A stretch of DNA of 64,000 nt, from contig OZ024743.1 of NCBI GenBank assembly GCA_964016885.1, positions 249,240,001 to 249,304,000 on the forward strand, written 5' to 3'. The notes below the pieces were generated by a model. The model saw nothing but the letters and a program-made list of their open reading frames with translations, had not been told where the DNA came from and made no database searches. Of this stretch, positions 14,709 through 28,289 are shown piece after piece (the stretch's first letter is position 1; each line of letters starts with the position of its first letter). A program made the translations under genes and the position numbers. This DNA comes from Eledone cirrhosa. Its lineage: Eukaryota.

Positions 14709-17700
14709 GTGTTAACTACATAGGCAACAGTAATGTGTTATCTACATAGGCTACAGTAATGTGTTAACTACATAGGCAACAGTAATGTGTTAACTACATA
14801 GGCAACAGTAATATGTTAAGTACATAGACAACTGTAATGTGTTAACTATATAGACAACAGTAAAGTGTTAACTACATAGACAACAGTAATGTGTTAACTA
14901 CATAGACAACAGTAAATTGTTAACTACATAGACAACAGTAATGTGTTAACTACATAGGCAACAGCAATATGTTAACTACTTGACAACAGTAAAGTGTTAA
15001 CTACATAGGCAACAGTAAAGTGTTAACTACATAGGCAACAGTAAAGTGTTAACTACATAGGCAACAGTAAAGTGTTAACTACATAGGCAACAGTAAAGTG
15101 TTAACTACATAGGCAACAGTACAGTGTTAACTACATAGAGAACAGTAATATGTTAGTTAACTACATAGGCAACAGTAATATGTTAACTACATAGACAACA
15201 GTAATGTGTTAACTACATAGACAACAGTAATGTGTTAACTACATAGGCAACAGTAATGTGTTAACTATATAGGCAACAGTAAAGTGTTGACAACATAGGC
15301 AACAGTAATATGTTAACTACATAGACAACAGTAATATGTTACCTACATAGACAACAGTAATGTGTTAAGTACATAGACAACAGTAATGTGTTAAGTACAT
15401 AGACAACAGTAATGTGTTAAGTACATAGACAACAGTAATATGTTAACTATATAGACAAGAGTAATGTGTTAACTACAAAGGCAACAGTAATATGTTAACT
15501 ACATAGACAACAGTAATGTGTTAACTATGTAGGCAACAGTAATATGTTAACTACATAGACAACAGTAATATGTTAACTACATAGGCAACAGTAATGTGTT
15601 AACTACATAGGCAACAGTAATGTGTTAACTACATAGGCAACAGTAAAGTGTTGACTACATAGGCAACAGTAATATGTTAACTACATAGACATCAGTAATA
15701 TGTTACCTACATAGACAACAGTAATGTGTTAAGTACATAGACAACAGTAATGTGTTAAGTACAGAGACAACAGTAATGTGTTAAGTACATAGACAACAGT
15801 AATATGTTAACTATATAGACAACAGTAATGTGTTAACTACAAAGGCAACAGTAATATGTTAACTACATAGACAACAGTAATGTGTTAACTACATAGGCAA
15901 CAGTAATATGTTAACTACATAGACAACAGTAATATGTTAACTACATAGGCAACAATAATGTGTTAACTATATGGACAACAGTATCGTGTTAACTACATAG
16001 ACAACAGTAATGTGTTAACTACATAGGCAACAGTAATATGTTAAATACATAGACAACTGTAATGTGTTAACTACATAGACAACAGTAATGTGTTAACTAC
16101 ATAGACAACAGTAAAGTGTTAACGACATAGACAACAGTAATGTGTTAACTATATAGGCAACAGTGATATGTTAACTACATAGGCAACAGTGATATGTTAA
16201 CTACATAGACAACAGTAATGTGTTAACTACATAGACAACTGTAATATGTTAACTACATACACAACAGTAATATGTTAACTACATAGACAACAGTAATATG
16301 TTAACTACATAGGCAACAGTAATGTGATGTCTATATAGGCATAAGTAATGTGCTAACTACATAGACAACAGTAACATGTTAACTACATAGGCAACAGTAA
16401 TGTGTTAACTACATTGGCAACAGTAAAGTGTTAACTACATCGGAAACAGTAATGTGTTAACTACATAGGCAACAGTAATGTGTTATCTACATAGGCTACA
16501 GTAATGTGTTAACTACATAGGCAACAGTAATGTGTTAACTACATAGACAATAGTAATGTGTTAACTACATAGGCAACAGTAAAGTGTAAATACATAGACA
16601 ACAGTAAAGTGTTAACTACATAGACAATAGTAATGTGTTAACTACATAGGCAACAGTAACGTGTTAAATACATAGACAACAGTAATGTGTTAACTACATA
16701 GGCAACAGTAATGTGTTAACTACATAGGCAACAGTAAAGTGTTAAGTACAGAGACAACAGTAAAGTGTTAACTACATAGACAACAGTAACGTGTTAAATA
16801 CATAGGCAACGGTAATGTGTTAACTACATAGGCAACAGTAATGTGTTAACTACATAGGCAACAGTAATGTGTTAACTATATAGACAACAGTAATGTGTTA
16901 ACTACATAGACAACAGTAATGTGTTAACTACATAGACAACAGTAAAGTGTTAACTACATAGACAACATTAATGTGTTAATTACATAGGCAACAGTAATGT
17001 GTTAACTACATAGACAACAGTAATGTGTTAACTACATAGGCAACAGTATTGTGTGAAATACATAGACAACATAATATGTTAACTACATAGGCAACAGTAA
17101 TGTGTTAACTACATAGACAACATAATATGTTAACTACATAGACAATAGTAATGTGTTAACTACATAGACAACAGTAACGTGTTAACTACATAGGCAACAG
17201 TAATGTGTTATCTACATAGGCTACAGTAATGTGTTAACTACATAGGCAACAGTAATGTGTTAACTACATAGGCAACAGTAATATGTTAAGTACATAGACA
17301 ACTGTAATGTGTTAACTATATAGACAACAGTAAAGTGTTAACTACATAGACAACAGTAATGTGTTAACTACATAGACAACAGTAAATTGTTAACTACATA
17401 GACAACAGTAATGTGTTAACTACATAGGCAACAGCAATATGTTAACTACTTGACAACAGTAAAGTGTTAACTACATAGGCAACAGTAAAGTGTTAACTAC
17501 ATAGGCAACAGTAAAGTGTTAACTACATAGGCAACAGTAAAGTGTTAACTACATAGGCAACAGTAAAGTGTTAACTACATAGGCAACAGTACAGTGTTAA
17601 CTACATAGAGAACAGTAATATGTTAGTTAACTACATAGGCAACAGTAATATGTTAACTACATAGACAACAGTAATGTGTTAACTACATAGACAACAGTAA

Positions 17701-19641
17701 TGTGTTAACTACATAGGCAACAGTAATGTGTTAACTATATAGGCAACAGTAAAGTGTTGACAACATAGGCAACAGTAATATGTTAACTACATAGACAACA
17801 GTAATATGTTACCTACATAGACAACAGTAATGTGTTAAGTACATAGACAACAGTAATGTGTTAAGTACATAGACAACAGTAATGTGTTAAGTACATAGAC
17901 AACAGTAATATGTTAACTATATAGACAAGAGTAATGTGTTAACTACAAAGGCAACAGTAATATGTTAACTACATAGACAACAGTAATGTGTTAACTATGT
18001 AGGCAACAGTAATATGTTAACTACATAGACAACAGTAATATGTTAACTACATAGGCAACAGTAATGTGTTAACTACATAGGCAACAGTAATGTGTTAACT
18101 ACATAGGCAACAGTAAAGTGTTGACTACATAGGCAACAGTAATATGTTAACTACATAGACATCAGTCATATGTTACCTACATAGACAACAGTAATGTGTT
18201 AAGTACATAGACAACAGTAATGTGTTAAGTACAGAGACAACAGTAATGTGTTAAGTACATAGACAACAGTAATATGTTAACTATATAGACAACAGTAATG
18301 TGTTAACTACAAAGGCAACAGTAATATGTTAACTACATAGACAACAGTAATGTGTTAACTACATAGGCAACAGTAATATGTTAACTACATAGACAACAGT
18401 AATATGTTAACTACATAGGCAACAATAATGTGTTAACTATATGGACAACAGTATCGTGTTAACTACATAGACAACAGTAATGTGTTAACTACATAGGCAA
18501 CAGTAATATGTTAAATACATAGACAACTGTAATGTGTTAACTACATAGACAACAGTAATGTGTTAACTACATAGACAACAGTAAAGTGTTAACGACATAG
18601 ACAACAGTAATGTGTTAACTATATAGGCAACAGTGATATGTTAACTACATAGGCAACAGTGATATGTTAACTACATAGACAACAGTAATGTGTTAACTAC
18701 ATAGACAACTGTAATATGTTAACTACATACACAACAGTAATATGTTAACTACATAGACAACAGTAATATGTTAACTACATAGGCAACAGTAATGTGATGT
18801 CTATATAGGCATAAGTAATGTGCTAACTACATAGACAACAGTAACATGTTAACTACATAGGCAACAGTAATGTGTTAACTACATTGGCAACAGTAAAGTG
18901 TTAACTACATCGGAAACAGTAATGTGTTAACTACATAGGCAACAGTAATGTGTTATCTACATAGGCTACAGTAATGTGTTAACTACATAGGCAACAGTAA
19001 TGTGTTAACTACATAGACAATAGTAATGTGTTAACTACATAGGCAACAGTAAAGTGTAAATACATAGACAACAGTAAAGTGTTAACTACATAGACAATAG
19101 TAATGTGTTAACTACATAGGCAACAGTAACGTGTTAAATACATAGACAACAGTAATGTGTTAACTACATAGGCAACAGTAATGTGTTAACTACATAGGCA
19201 ACAGTAAAGTGTTAAGTACAGAGACAACAGTAAAGTGTTAACTACATAGACAACAGTAACGTGTTAAATACATAGGCAACGGTAATGTGTTAACTACATA
19301 GGCAACAGTAATGTGTTAACTACATAGGCAACAGTAATGTGTTAACTATATAGACAACAGTAATGTGTTAACTACATAGACAACAGTAATGTGTTAACTA
19401 CATAGACAACAGTAAAGTGTTAACTACATAGACAACATTAATGTGTTAATTACATAGGCAACAGTAATGTGTTAACTACATAGACAACAGTAATGTGTTA
19501 ACTACATAGGCAACAGTATTGTGTGAAATACATAGACAACATAATATGTTAACTACATAGGCAACAGTAATGTGTTAACTACATAGACAACATAATATGT
19601 TAACTACATAGACAATAGTAATGTGTTAACTACATAGACAA
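14709..19641. repeat. Near-perfect direct tandem duplication, unit 2470 bp (95 monomers)
   Basis: TCTACATAGG 14741/17211, ACTACT-TGACAAC 14981/17451, GTATCGTG 15981/18451 and CGGAAAC 16441/18911. One difference noticed: ATCAGTAATA at 15691 versus ATCAGTCATA at 18161. Confidence 0.95.
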
Positions 19642-22600
19642 TAGTAACGTGTTAACTACATAGACAACAGTAACGTGTTAACTACATAGGCAACAGTAAT
19701 GTGTTAACTACATAGACAACAGTAATATGTTAACTACATAGCCAACAGTAATGTGTTAACTACATAGGCAACAGTAAAGTGTTAACTACATAGGCAACAG
19801 TAAAGTGTTAACTACATAGACAACAGTAATATGTTAACTACATAGACAACAGTAATGTGTTAACTACATAGACAACAGTAACGTGTTAACTACATAGGCA
19901 ACAGTAATGTGTTAACTACATAGGCAACAGTAAAGTGTTGACTACATAGGCAACAGTAATATGTTAACTACATAGACAACAGTAATATGTTACCTACATA
20001 GACAACAGTAATGTGTTAAGTACATAGACAACAGTAATGTGTTAAGTACATAGAAAACAGTAATGTGTTAAGTACATAGACAACAGTAATATGTTAACTA
20101 TATAGACAACAGTAATGTGTTAACTACAAAGGCAACAGTAATATGTTAACTACATAGACAACAGTAATGTGTTAACTACATAGGCAACAGTAATATGTTA
20201 AGTACATAGATAACTGTAATGTGTTAACTATATAGACAACAGTAAAGTGTTAACTACATAGACAACAGTAATGTGTTAACTACATAGACAACAGTAAAGT
20301 GTTAACTACATAGACAACAGTAATGTGTTAACTACATAGGCAACAGCAATATGTTAACTACATAGACAACAGTAAAGTGTTAACTACATAGGCAACAGTA
20401 AAGTGTTAACTACATAGACAACAATAATGTGTTAACTACATAGACAACAGTAATGTGTTAACTACATACACAACAGTAATATGTTAACTACATAGACAAC
20501 AGTAATATGTTAACTACATAGGCAACAGTAATGTGATGTCTATATAGGCATAAGTAATGTGATAATTACATAGACAACAGTAGCATGTTAACTACATAGG
20601 CAACAGTAATGTGTTAACTACATAGGCAACAGTAAAGTGTTAACTACATAGGAAACAGTAATGTGTTAACTACATAGGCAACAGTAATGTGTTATCTATA
20701 TAGGCTACAGTAATGTGTTAACTACATAGGCAACAGTAATGTGTTAACTACATAGACAATAGTAATGTGTTAACTACATAGGCAACAGTAAAGTGTTAAC
20801 TACATAGACAACAGTAAAGTGTTAACTACATAGACAATAGTAATGTGTTAACTACATAGGCAACAGTAATGTTTTAAATACATAGACAACAGTAATGTGT
20901 TAACTACATAGGCAACAGTAATGTGTTACCTACATAGGCAACAGTAACGTGTTAACTACATAGACAACAGTGAAGTGTTAACTACATAGACAACAGTAAT
21001 GTGTTAATTACATAGGCAACAGTAATGTGTTAACGACATAGACAACAGTAATGTGTTAACTACATAGGCAACAGTATTGTGTGAAATACATAGACAACAT
21101 AATATGTTAACTACATAGGCAACAGTAATGTGTTAACTACATAGACAACATAATATGTTAACTACATAGACAATAGTAATGTGTTAACTACATAGCCAAT
21201 AGTAACGTGTTAACTACTTAGGCAACAGTAATGTGTTAACTACATAGACAACAGTAATATGTTAACTACATAGGCAACAGTAATGTGTTAACTACATAGG
21301 CAACAGTAAAGTGTTAACTACATAGGCAACAGTAATATGTTAACTACATAGGCAACAGTAATATGTTATCTACATAGACAACAATAATGTGTTAACTACA
21401 TAGACAACAGTAATGTGTTAACTACATAGACAACAGTAAAGTGTTAACTACATAGACAACATTAATGTGTTAATTACATAGGCAACAGTAATGTGTTAAC
21501 TACATAGACAACAGTAATGTGTTAACTACATAGGCAACAGTATTGTGTGAAATACATAGACAACATAATATGTTAACTACATAGGCAACAGTAATGTGTT
21601 AACTACATAGACAACATAATATGTTAACTACATAGACAATAGTAATGTGTTAACTACATAGACAATAGTAACGTGTTAACTACATAGACAACAGTAACAT
21701 GTTAACTACATAGGCAACAGTAATGTGTTAACTACATAGACAACAGTAATATGTTAACTACATAGGCAACAGTAATGTGTTAACTACATAGGCAACAGTA
21801 AAGTGTTAACTACATAGGCAACAGTAAAGTGTTAACTACATAGACAACAGTAATATGTTAACTACATAGACAACAGTAATGTGTTAACTACATAGACAAC
21901 AGTAACGTGTCAACTACATAGGCAACAGTAATGTGTTAACTACATAGGCAACAGTAAAGTGTTGACTACATAGGCAACAGTAATATGTTAACTACATAGA
22001 CAACAGTAATATGTTACCTACATAGACAACAGTAATGTGTTAAGTACATAGACAACAGTAATGTGTTAAGTACATAGACAACAGTAATGTGTTAAGTACA
22101 TAGACAACAGTAATATATTAACTATATAGACAACAGTAATGTGTTAACTACAAAGGCAACAGTAATATGTTAACTACATAGACAACAGTAATGTGTTAAC
22201 TACATAGGCAACAGTAATATGTTAAGTACATAGACAACTGTAATGTGTTAACTATATAGACAACAGTAAAGTGTTAACTACATAGACTACAGTAATGTGT
22301 TAACTACATAGACAACAGTAAATTGTTAACTACATAGACAACAGTAATGTGTTAACTACATAGGCAACAGCAATATGTTAACTACATAGACAACAGTAAA
22401 GTGTTAACTACATAGGCAACAGTAAAGTGTTAACTACATAGGCAACAGTAAAGTGTTAACTACATAGGCAACAGTAAAGTGTTAACTACATAGACAACAG
22501 TAATATGTTAGTTAACTACATAGCCAACAGTAATATGTTAACTACATAGACAACAGTAATGTGTTAAGTACATAGACAACAGCAATGTGTTAACTACATA

Positions 22601-24829
22601 GGCAACAGCAATATGTTAACTACATAGACAACAGTAAAGTGTTAACTACATAGGCAACAGTAAAGTGTTAACTACATAGGCAACAGTAAAGTGTTAACTA
22701 CATAGGCAACAGTAATGTGTTAACTACATAGACAACAGTAATATGTTAGTTAACTACATAGGCAACAGTAATATGTTAACTACATAGACAACAGTAATGT
22801 GTTAACTACATAGACAACAGTAACGTGTTAACTACATAGGCAACAGTAATATGTTAACTACATAGACAACAGTAATATGTTACCTACATAGACAACAGTA
22901 ATGTGTTAAGTACATAGACAACAGTAATGTGTTAAGTACATAGACAACAGTAATATGTTAACTATATAGACAACAGTAATATGTTACCTACATAGACAAC
23001 AGTAATGTGTTAACTATGTAGGCAAGAGTAATATGTTAACTACATAGACAACAGTAATGTGTTAACTATGTAGGCAAGAGTAATATGTTAACTACATAGA
23101 CAACAGTAATATGTTAACTACATAGGCAACAGTAATGTGTTAACTACATAGGCAACAGTAATGTGTTAACTACATAGGCAACAGTAAAGTGTTGACTACA
23201 TAGGCAACAGTAATATGTTAACTACATAGACATCAGTAATATGTTACCTACATAGACAACAGTAATGTGTTAAGTACATAGACAACAGTAATGTGTTAAG
23301 TACAGAGACAACAGTAATGTGTTAAGTACATAGACAACAGTAATATGTTAACTATATAGACAACAGTAATGTGTTAACTACAAAGGCAACAGTAATATGT
23401 TAACTACATAGACAACAGTAATGTGTTAACTACATAGGCAACAGTAATATGTTAACTACATAGACAACAGTAATATGTTAACTACATATGCAACAATAAT
23501 GTGTTAACTATATGGACAACAGTAACGTGTTAACTACATAGACAACAGTAATGTGTTAACTACATAGGCAACAGTAATATGTTAAATACATAGACAACTG
23601 TAATGTGTTAACTACATAGACAACAGTAATGTGTTATCTACATAGACAACAGTAAAGTGTTAACGACATAGACGACAGTAATGTGTTAACTATATAGGCA
23701 ACAGTGATATGTTAACTACATAGGCAACAGTGATATGTTAACTACATAGACAACAGTAATGTGTTAACTACATAGACAACTGTAATATGTTAACTACATA
23801 CACAACAGTAATATGTTAACTACATAGGCAACAGTAATGTGATGTCTATATAGGCATAAGTAATGTGTTAACTACATAGGCAACAGTAATGTGTTAACTA
23901 CATAGGCAACAGTAATGTGTTATCTACATAGGCTACAGTAATGTGTTAACTACATAGGCAACAGTAATGTGTTAACTACATAGGCAACAGTAAAGTGTTA
24001 AGTACAGAGACAACAGTAAAGTGTTAACTACATAGACAACAGTAATGTGTTAACTACATAGGCAACAGTAATGTGTTAACTACGTAGGCAACAGTAAAGT
24101 GTAAATACATAGACAACAGTAAAGTGTTAACTACATAGACAATAGTAATGTGTTAACTACATAGGCAACAGTAACGTGTTAAATACATAGACATCAGTAA
24201 TGTGTTAACTACATAGGCAACAGTAATGTGTTAACTACATAGGCAACAGTAAAGTGTTAAGTACAGAGACAACAGTAAAGTGTTAACTACATAGACAACA
24301 GTAACGTGTTAAATACATAGGCAACGGTAATGTGTTAACTACATAGGCAACAGTAATGTGTTAACTACATAGGCAACAGTAATGTCTTAACTACAGAGAC
24401 AACAGTAATGTGTTAACTACATAGACAACAGTAATGTGTTAACTACATAGACAACAGTAAAGTGTTAACTACATAGACAACATTAATGTGTTAATTACAT
24501 AGGCAACAGTAATGTGTTAACTACATAGACAACAGTAATGTGTTAACTACATAGGCAACAGTATTGTGTAAAATAAATAGACAACATAATATGTTAACTA
24601 CATAGGCAACAGTAATGTGTTAACTACATAGACAACATAATATATTAACTACATAGACAATAGTAATGTGTTAACTACATAGACAATAGTAACGTGTTAA
24701 CTACATAGACAACAGTAACGTGTTAACTACATAGGCAACAGTAATGTGTTAACTACATAGACAACAGTAATATGTTAACTACATAGGCAACAGTAATGTG
24801 TTAACTACATAGGCAACAGTAAAGTGTTA

Positions 24830-27800
24830 ACTACATAGGCAACAGTAAAGTGTTAACTACATAGACAACAGTAATATGTTAACTACATAGACAACAGTAA
24901 TGTGTTAACTACATAGACAACAGTAACGTGTTAACTACATAGGCAACAGTAATGTGTTAACTACATAGGCAACAGTAAAGTGTTGACTACATAGGCAATA
25001 GTAATATGTTAACTACATAGACAACAGTAATATGTTACCTACATAGACAACAGTAATGTGTTAAGTACATAGACAACAGTAATGTGTTAAGTACATAGAC
25101 AACAGTAATGTGTTAAGTACATAGACAACAGTAATATGTTAACTATATAGACAACAGTAATGTGTTAACTACAAAGGCAACAGTAATATGTTAACTACAT
25201 AGACAACAGTAATGTGTTAACTACATAGGCAACAGTAATATGTTAAGTACATAGACAACTGTAATGTGTTAACTATATAGACAACAGTAAAGTGTTAACT
25301 ACATAGACAACAGTAATGTGTTAACTACATAGACAACAGTAAAGTGTTAACTACATAGACAACAGTAATGTGTTAACTACATAGGCAACAGCAATATATT
25401 AACTACATAGACAACAGTAAAGTGTTAACTACATAGGCAACAGTAAAGTGTTAACTACATAGACAACAATAATGTGTTAACTACATAGACAACAGTAATG
25501 TGTTAACTACATACACAACAGTAATATGTTAACTACATAGACAACAGTAATATGTTAACTACATAGGCAACAGTAATGTGATGTCTATATAGGCATAAGT
25601 AATGTGTTAACTACATAGACAACAGTAACATGTTAACTACATAGGCAACAGTAATGTGTTAACTACATAGGCAACAGTAAAGTGTTAACTACATAGGAAA
25701 CAGTAATGTGTTAACTACATAGGCAACAGTAATGTGTTATCTATATAGGCTACAGTAATGTGTTAACTACATAGGCAACAGTAATGTGTTAACTACATAG
25801 ACAATAGTAATGTGTTAACTACATAGGCAACAGTAAAGTGTTAACTACATAGACAACAGTAAAGTGTTAACTACATAGACAATAGTAATGTGTTAACTAC
25901 ATAGGCAACAGTAATGTTTTAAATACATAGACAACAGAAATGTGTTAACTACATAGGCAACAGTAATGTGTTAACTACATAGGCAACAGTAAAGTGTTAA
26001 CTACAGAGACAACAGTAAAGTGTTAACTACATAGACAACAGTAATGTGTTAAATACATAGGCAACGGTAATGTGTTAACTACATAGGCAACAGTAATGTG
26101 TTAACTACATAGGCAACAGTAATGTGTTAACTACATAGACAACAGTAATGTGTTAACTACATAGACAACAGTAATGTGTTAACTACATAGACAACAGTGA
26201 AGTGTTAACTACATAGACAACAGTAATGTGTTAATTACATAGGCAACAGTAATGTGTTAACTACATAGACAACAGTAATGTGTTAACTACATATGCAACA
26301 GTATTGTGTGAAATACATAGACAACATAATATGTTAACTACATAGGCAACAGTAATGTGTTAACTACATAGACAACATAATATGTTAACTACATAGACAA
26401 TAGTAATGTGTTAACTACATAGACAATAGTAACGTGTTAACTACTTAGGCAACAGTAATGTGTTAACTACATAGACAACAGTAATATGTTAACTACATAG
26501 GCAACAGTAATGTGTTAACTACATAGGCAACAGTAAAGTGTTAACTACATAGACAACAGTAATATGTTAACTACATAGACAACAGTAATGTGTTAACTAC
26601 ATAGACAACAGTAACGTGTTAACTACATAGGCAACAGTAATGTGTTAACTACATAGGCAACAGTAAAGTGTTGACTACATAGGCAATAGTAATATGTTAA
26701 CTACATAGACAACAGTAATATGTTACCTACATAGACAACAGTAATGTGTTAAGTACATAGACAACAGTAATGTGTTAAGTACATAGACAACAGTAATGTG
26801 TTAAGTACATAGACAACAGTAATATGTTAACTATATAGACAACAGTAATGTGTTAACTACAAAGGCAACAGTAATATGTTAACTACATAGACAACAGTAA
26901 TGTGTTAACTACATAGGCAACAGTAATATGTTAAGTACATAGACAACTGTAATGTGTTAACTATATAGACAACAGTAAAGTGTTAACTACATAGACAACA
27001 GTAATGTGTTAACTACATAGACAACAGTAAAGTGTTAACTACATAGACAACAGTAATGTGTTAACTACATAGGCAACAGCAATATATTAACTACATAGAC
27101 AACAGTAAAGTGTTAACTACATAGGCAACAGTAAAGTGTTAACTACATAGACAACAATAATGTGTTAACTACATAGACAACAGTAATGTGTTAACTACAT
27201 ACACAACAGTAATATGTTAACTACATAGACAACAGTAATATGTTAACTACATAGGCAACAGTAATGTGATGTCTATATAGGCATAAGTAATGTGTTAACT
27301 ACATAGACAACAGTAACATGTTAACTACATAGGCAACAGTAATGTGTTAACTACATAGGCAACAGTAAAGTGTTAACTACATAGGAAACAGTAATGTGTT
27401 AACTACATAGGCAACAGTAATGTGTTATCTATATAGGCTACAGTAATGTGTTAACTACATAGGCAACAGTAATGTGTTAACTACATAGACAATAGTAATG
27501 TGTTAACTACATAGGCAACAGTAAAGTGTTAACTACATAGACAACAGTAAATTGTTAACTACATAGACAATAGTAATGTGTTAACTACATAGGCAACAGT
27601 AATGTTTTAAATACATAGACAACAGAAATGTGTTAACTACATAGGCAACAGTAATTTGTTAACTACATAGGCAACAGTAAAGTGTTAACTACAGAGACAA
27701 CAGTAAAGTGTTAACTACATAGACAACAGTAATGTGTTAAATACATAGGCAACGGTAATGTGTTAACTACATAGGCAACAGTAATGTGTTAACTACATAG

Positions 27801-28230
27801 GCAACAGTAATGTGTTAACTACATAGACAACAGTAATGTGTTAACTACATAGACAACAGTAATGTGTTAACTACATAGACAACAGTGAAGTGTTAACTAC
27901 ATAGACAACAGTAATGTGTTAATTACATAGGCAACAGTAATGTGTTAACTACATAGACAACAGTAATGTGTTAACTACATAGGCAACAGTATTGTGTGAA
28001 ATACATAGACAACATAATATGTTAACTACATAGGCAACAGTAATGTGTTAACTACATAGACAACATAATATGTTAACTACATAGACAATAGTAATGTGTT
28101 AACTACATAGACAATAGTAACGTGTTAACTACTTAGGCAACAGTAATGTGTTAACTACATAGACAACAGTAATATGTTAACTACATAGGCAACAGTAATG
28201 TGTTAACTACATAGGCAACAGTAAAGTGTT
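24830..28230. repeat. Direct tandem duplication, unit 1688 bp (65 monomers, two of them 25 bp)
   Basis: AGGCAATAG 24993/26681, GCAATATATT 25391/27079 and ACAACAGAAA 25931/27619 are all offset by 1688. Confidence 0.92.
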
Positions 28231-28289
28231 AACTACATAGGCAACAGTAAAGTGTTAACTACATAGACAACAGTAATATGTTAACTACA

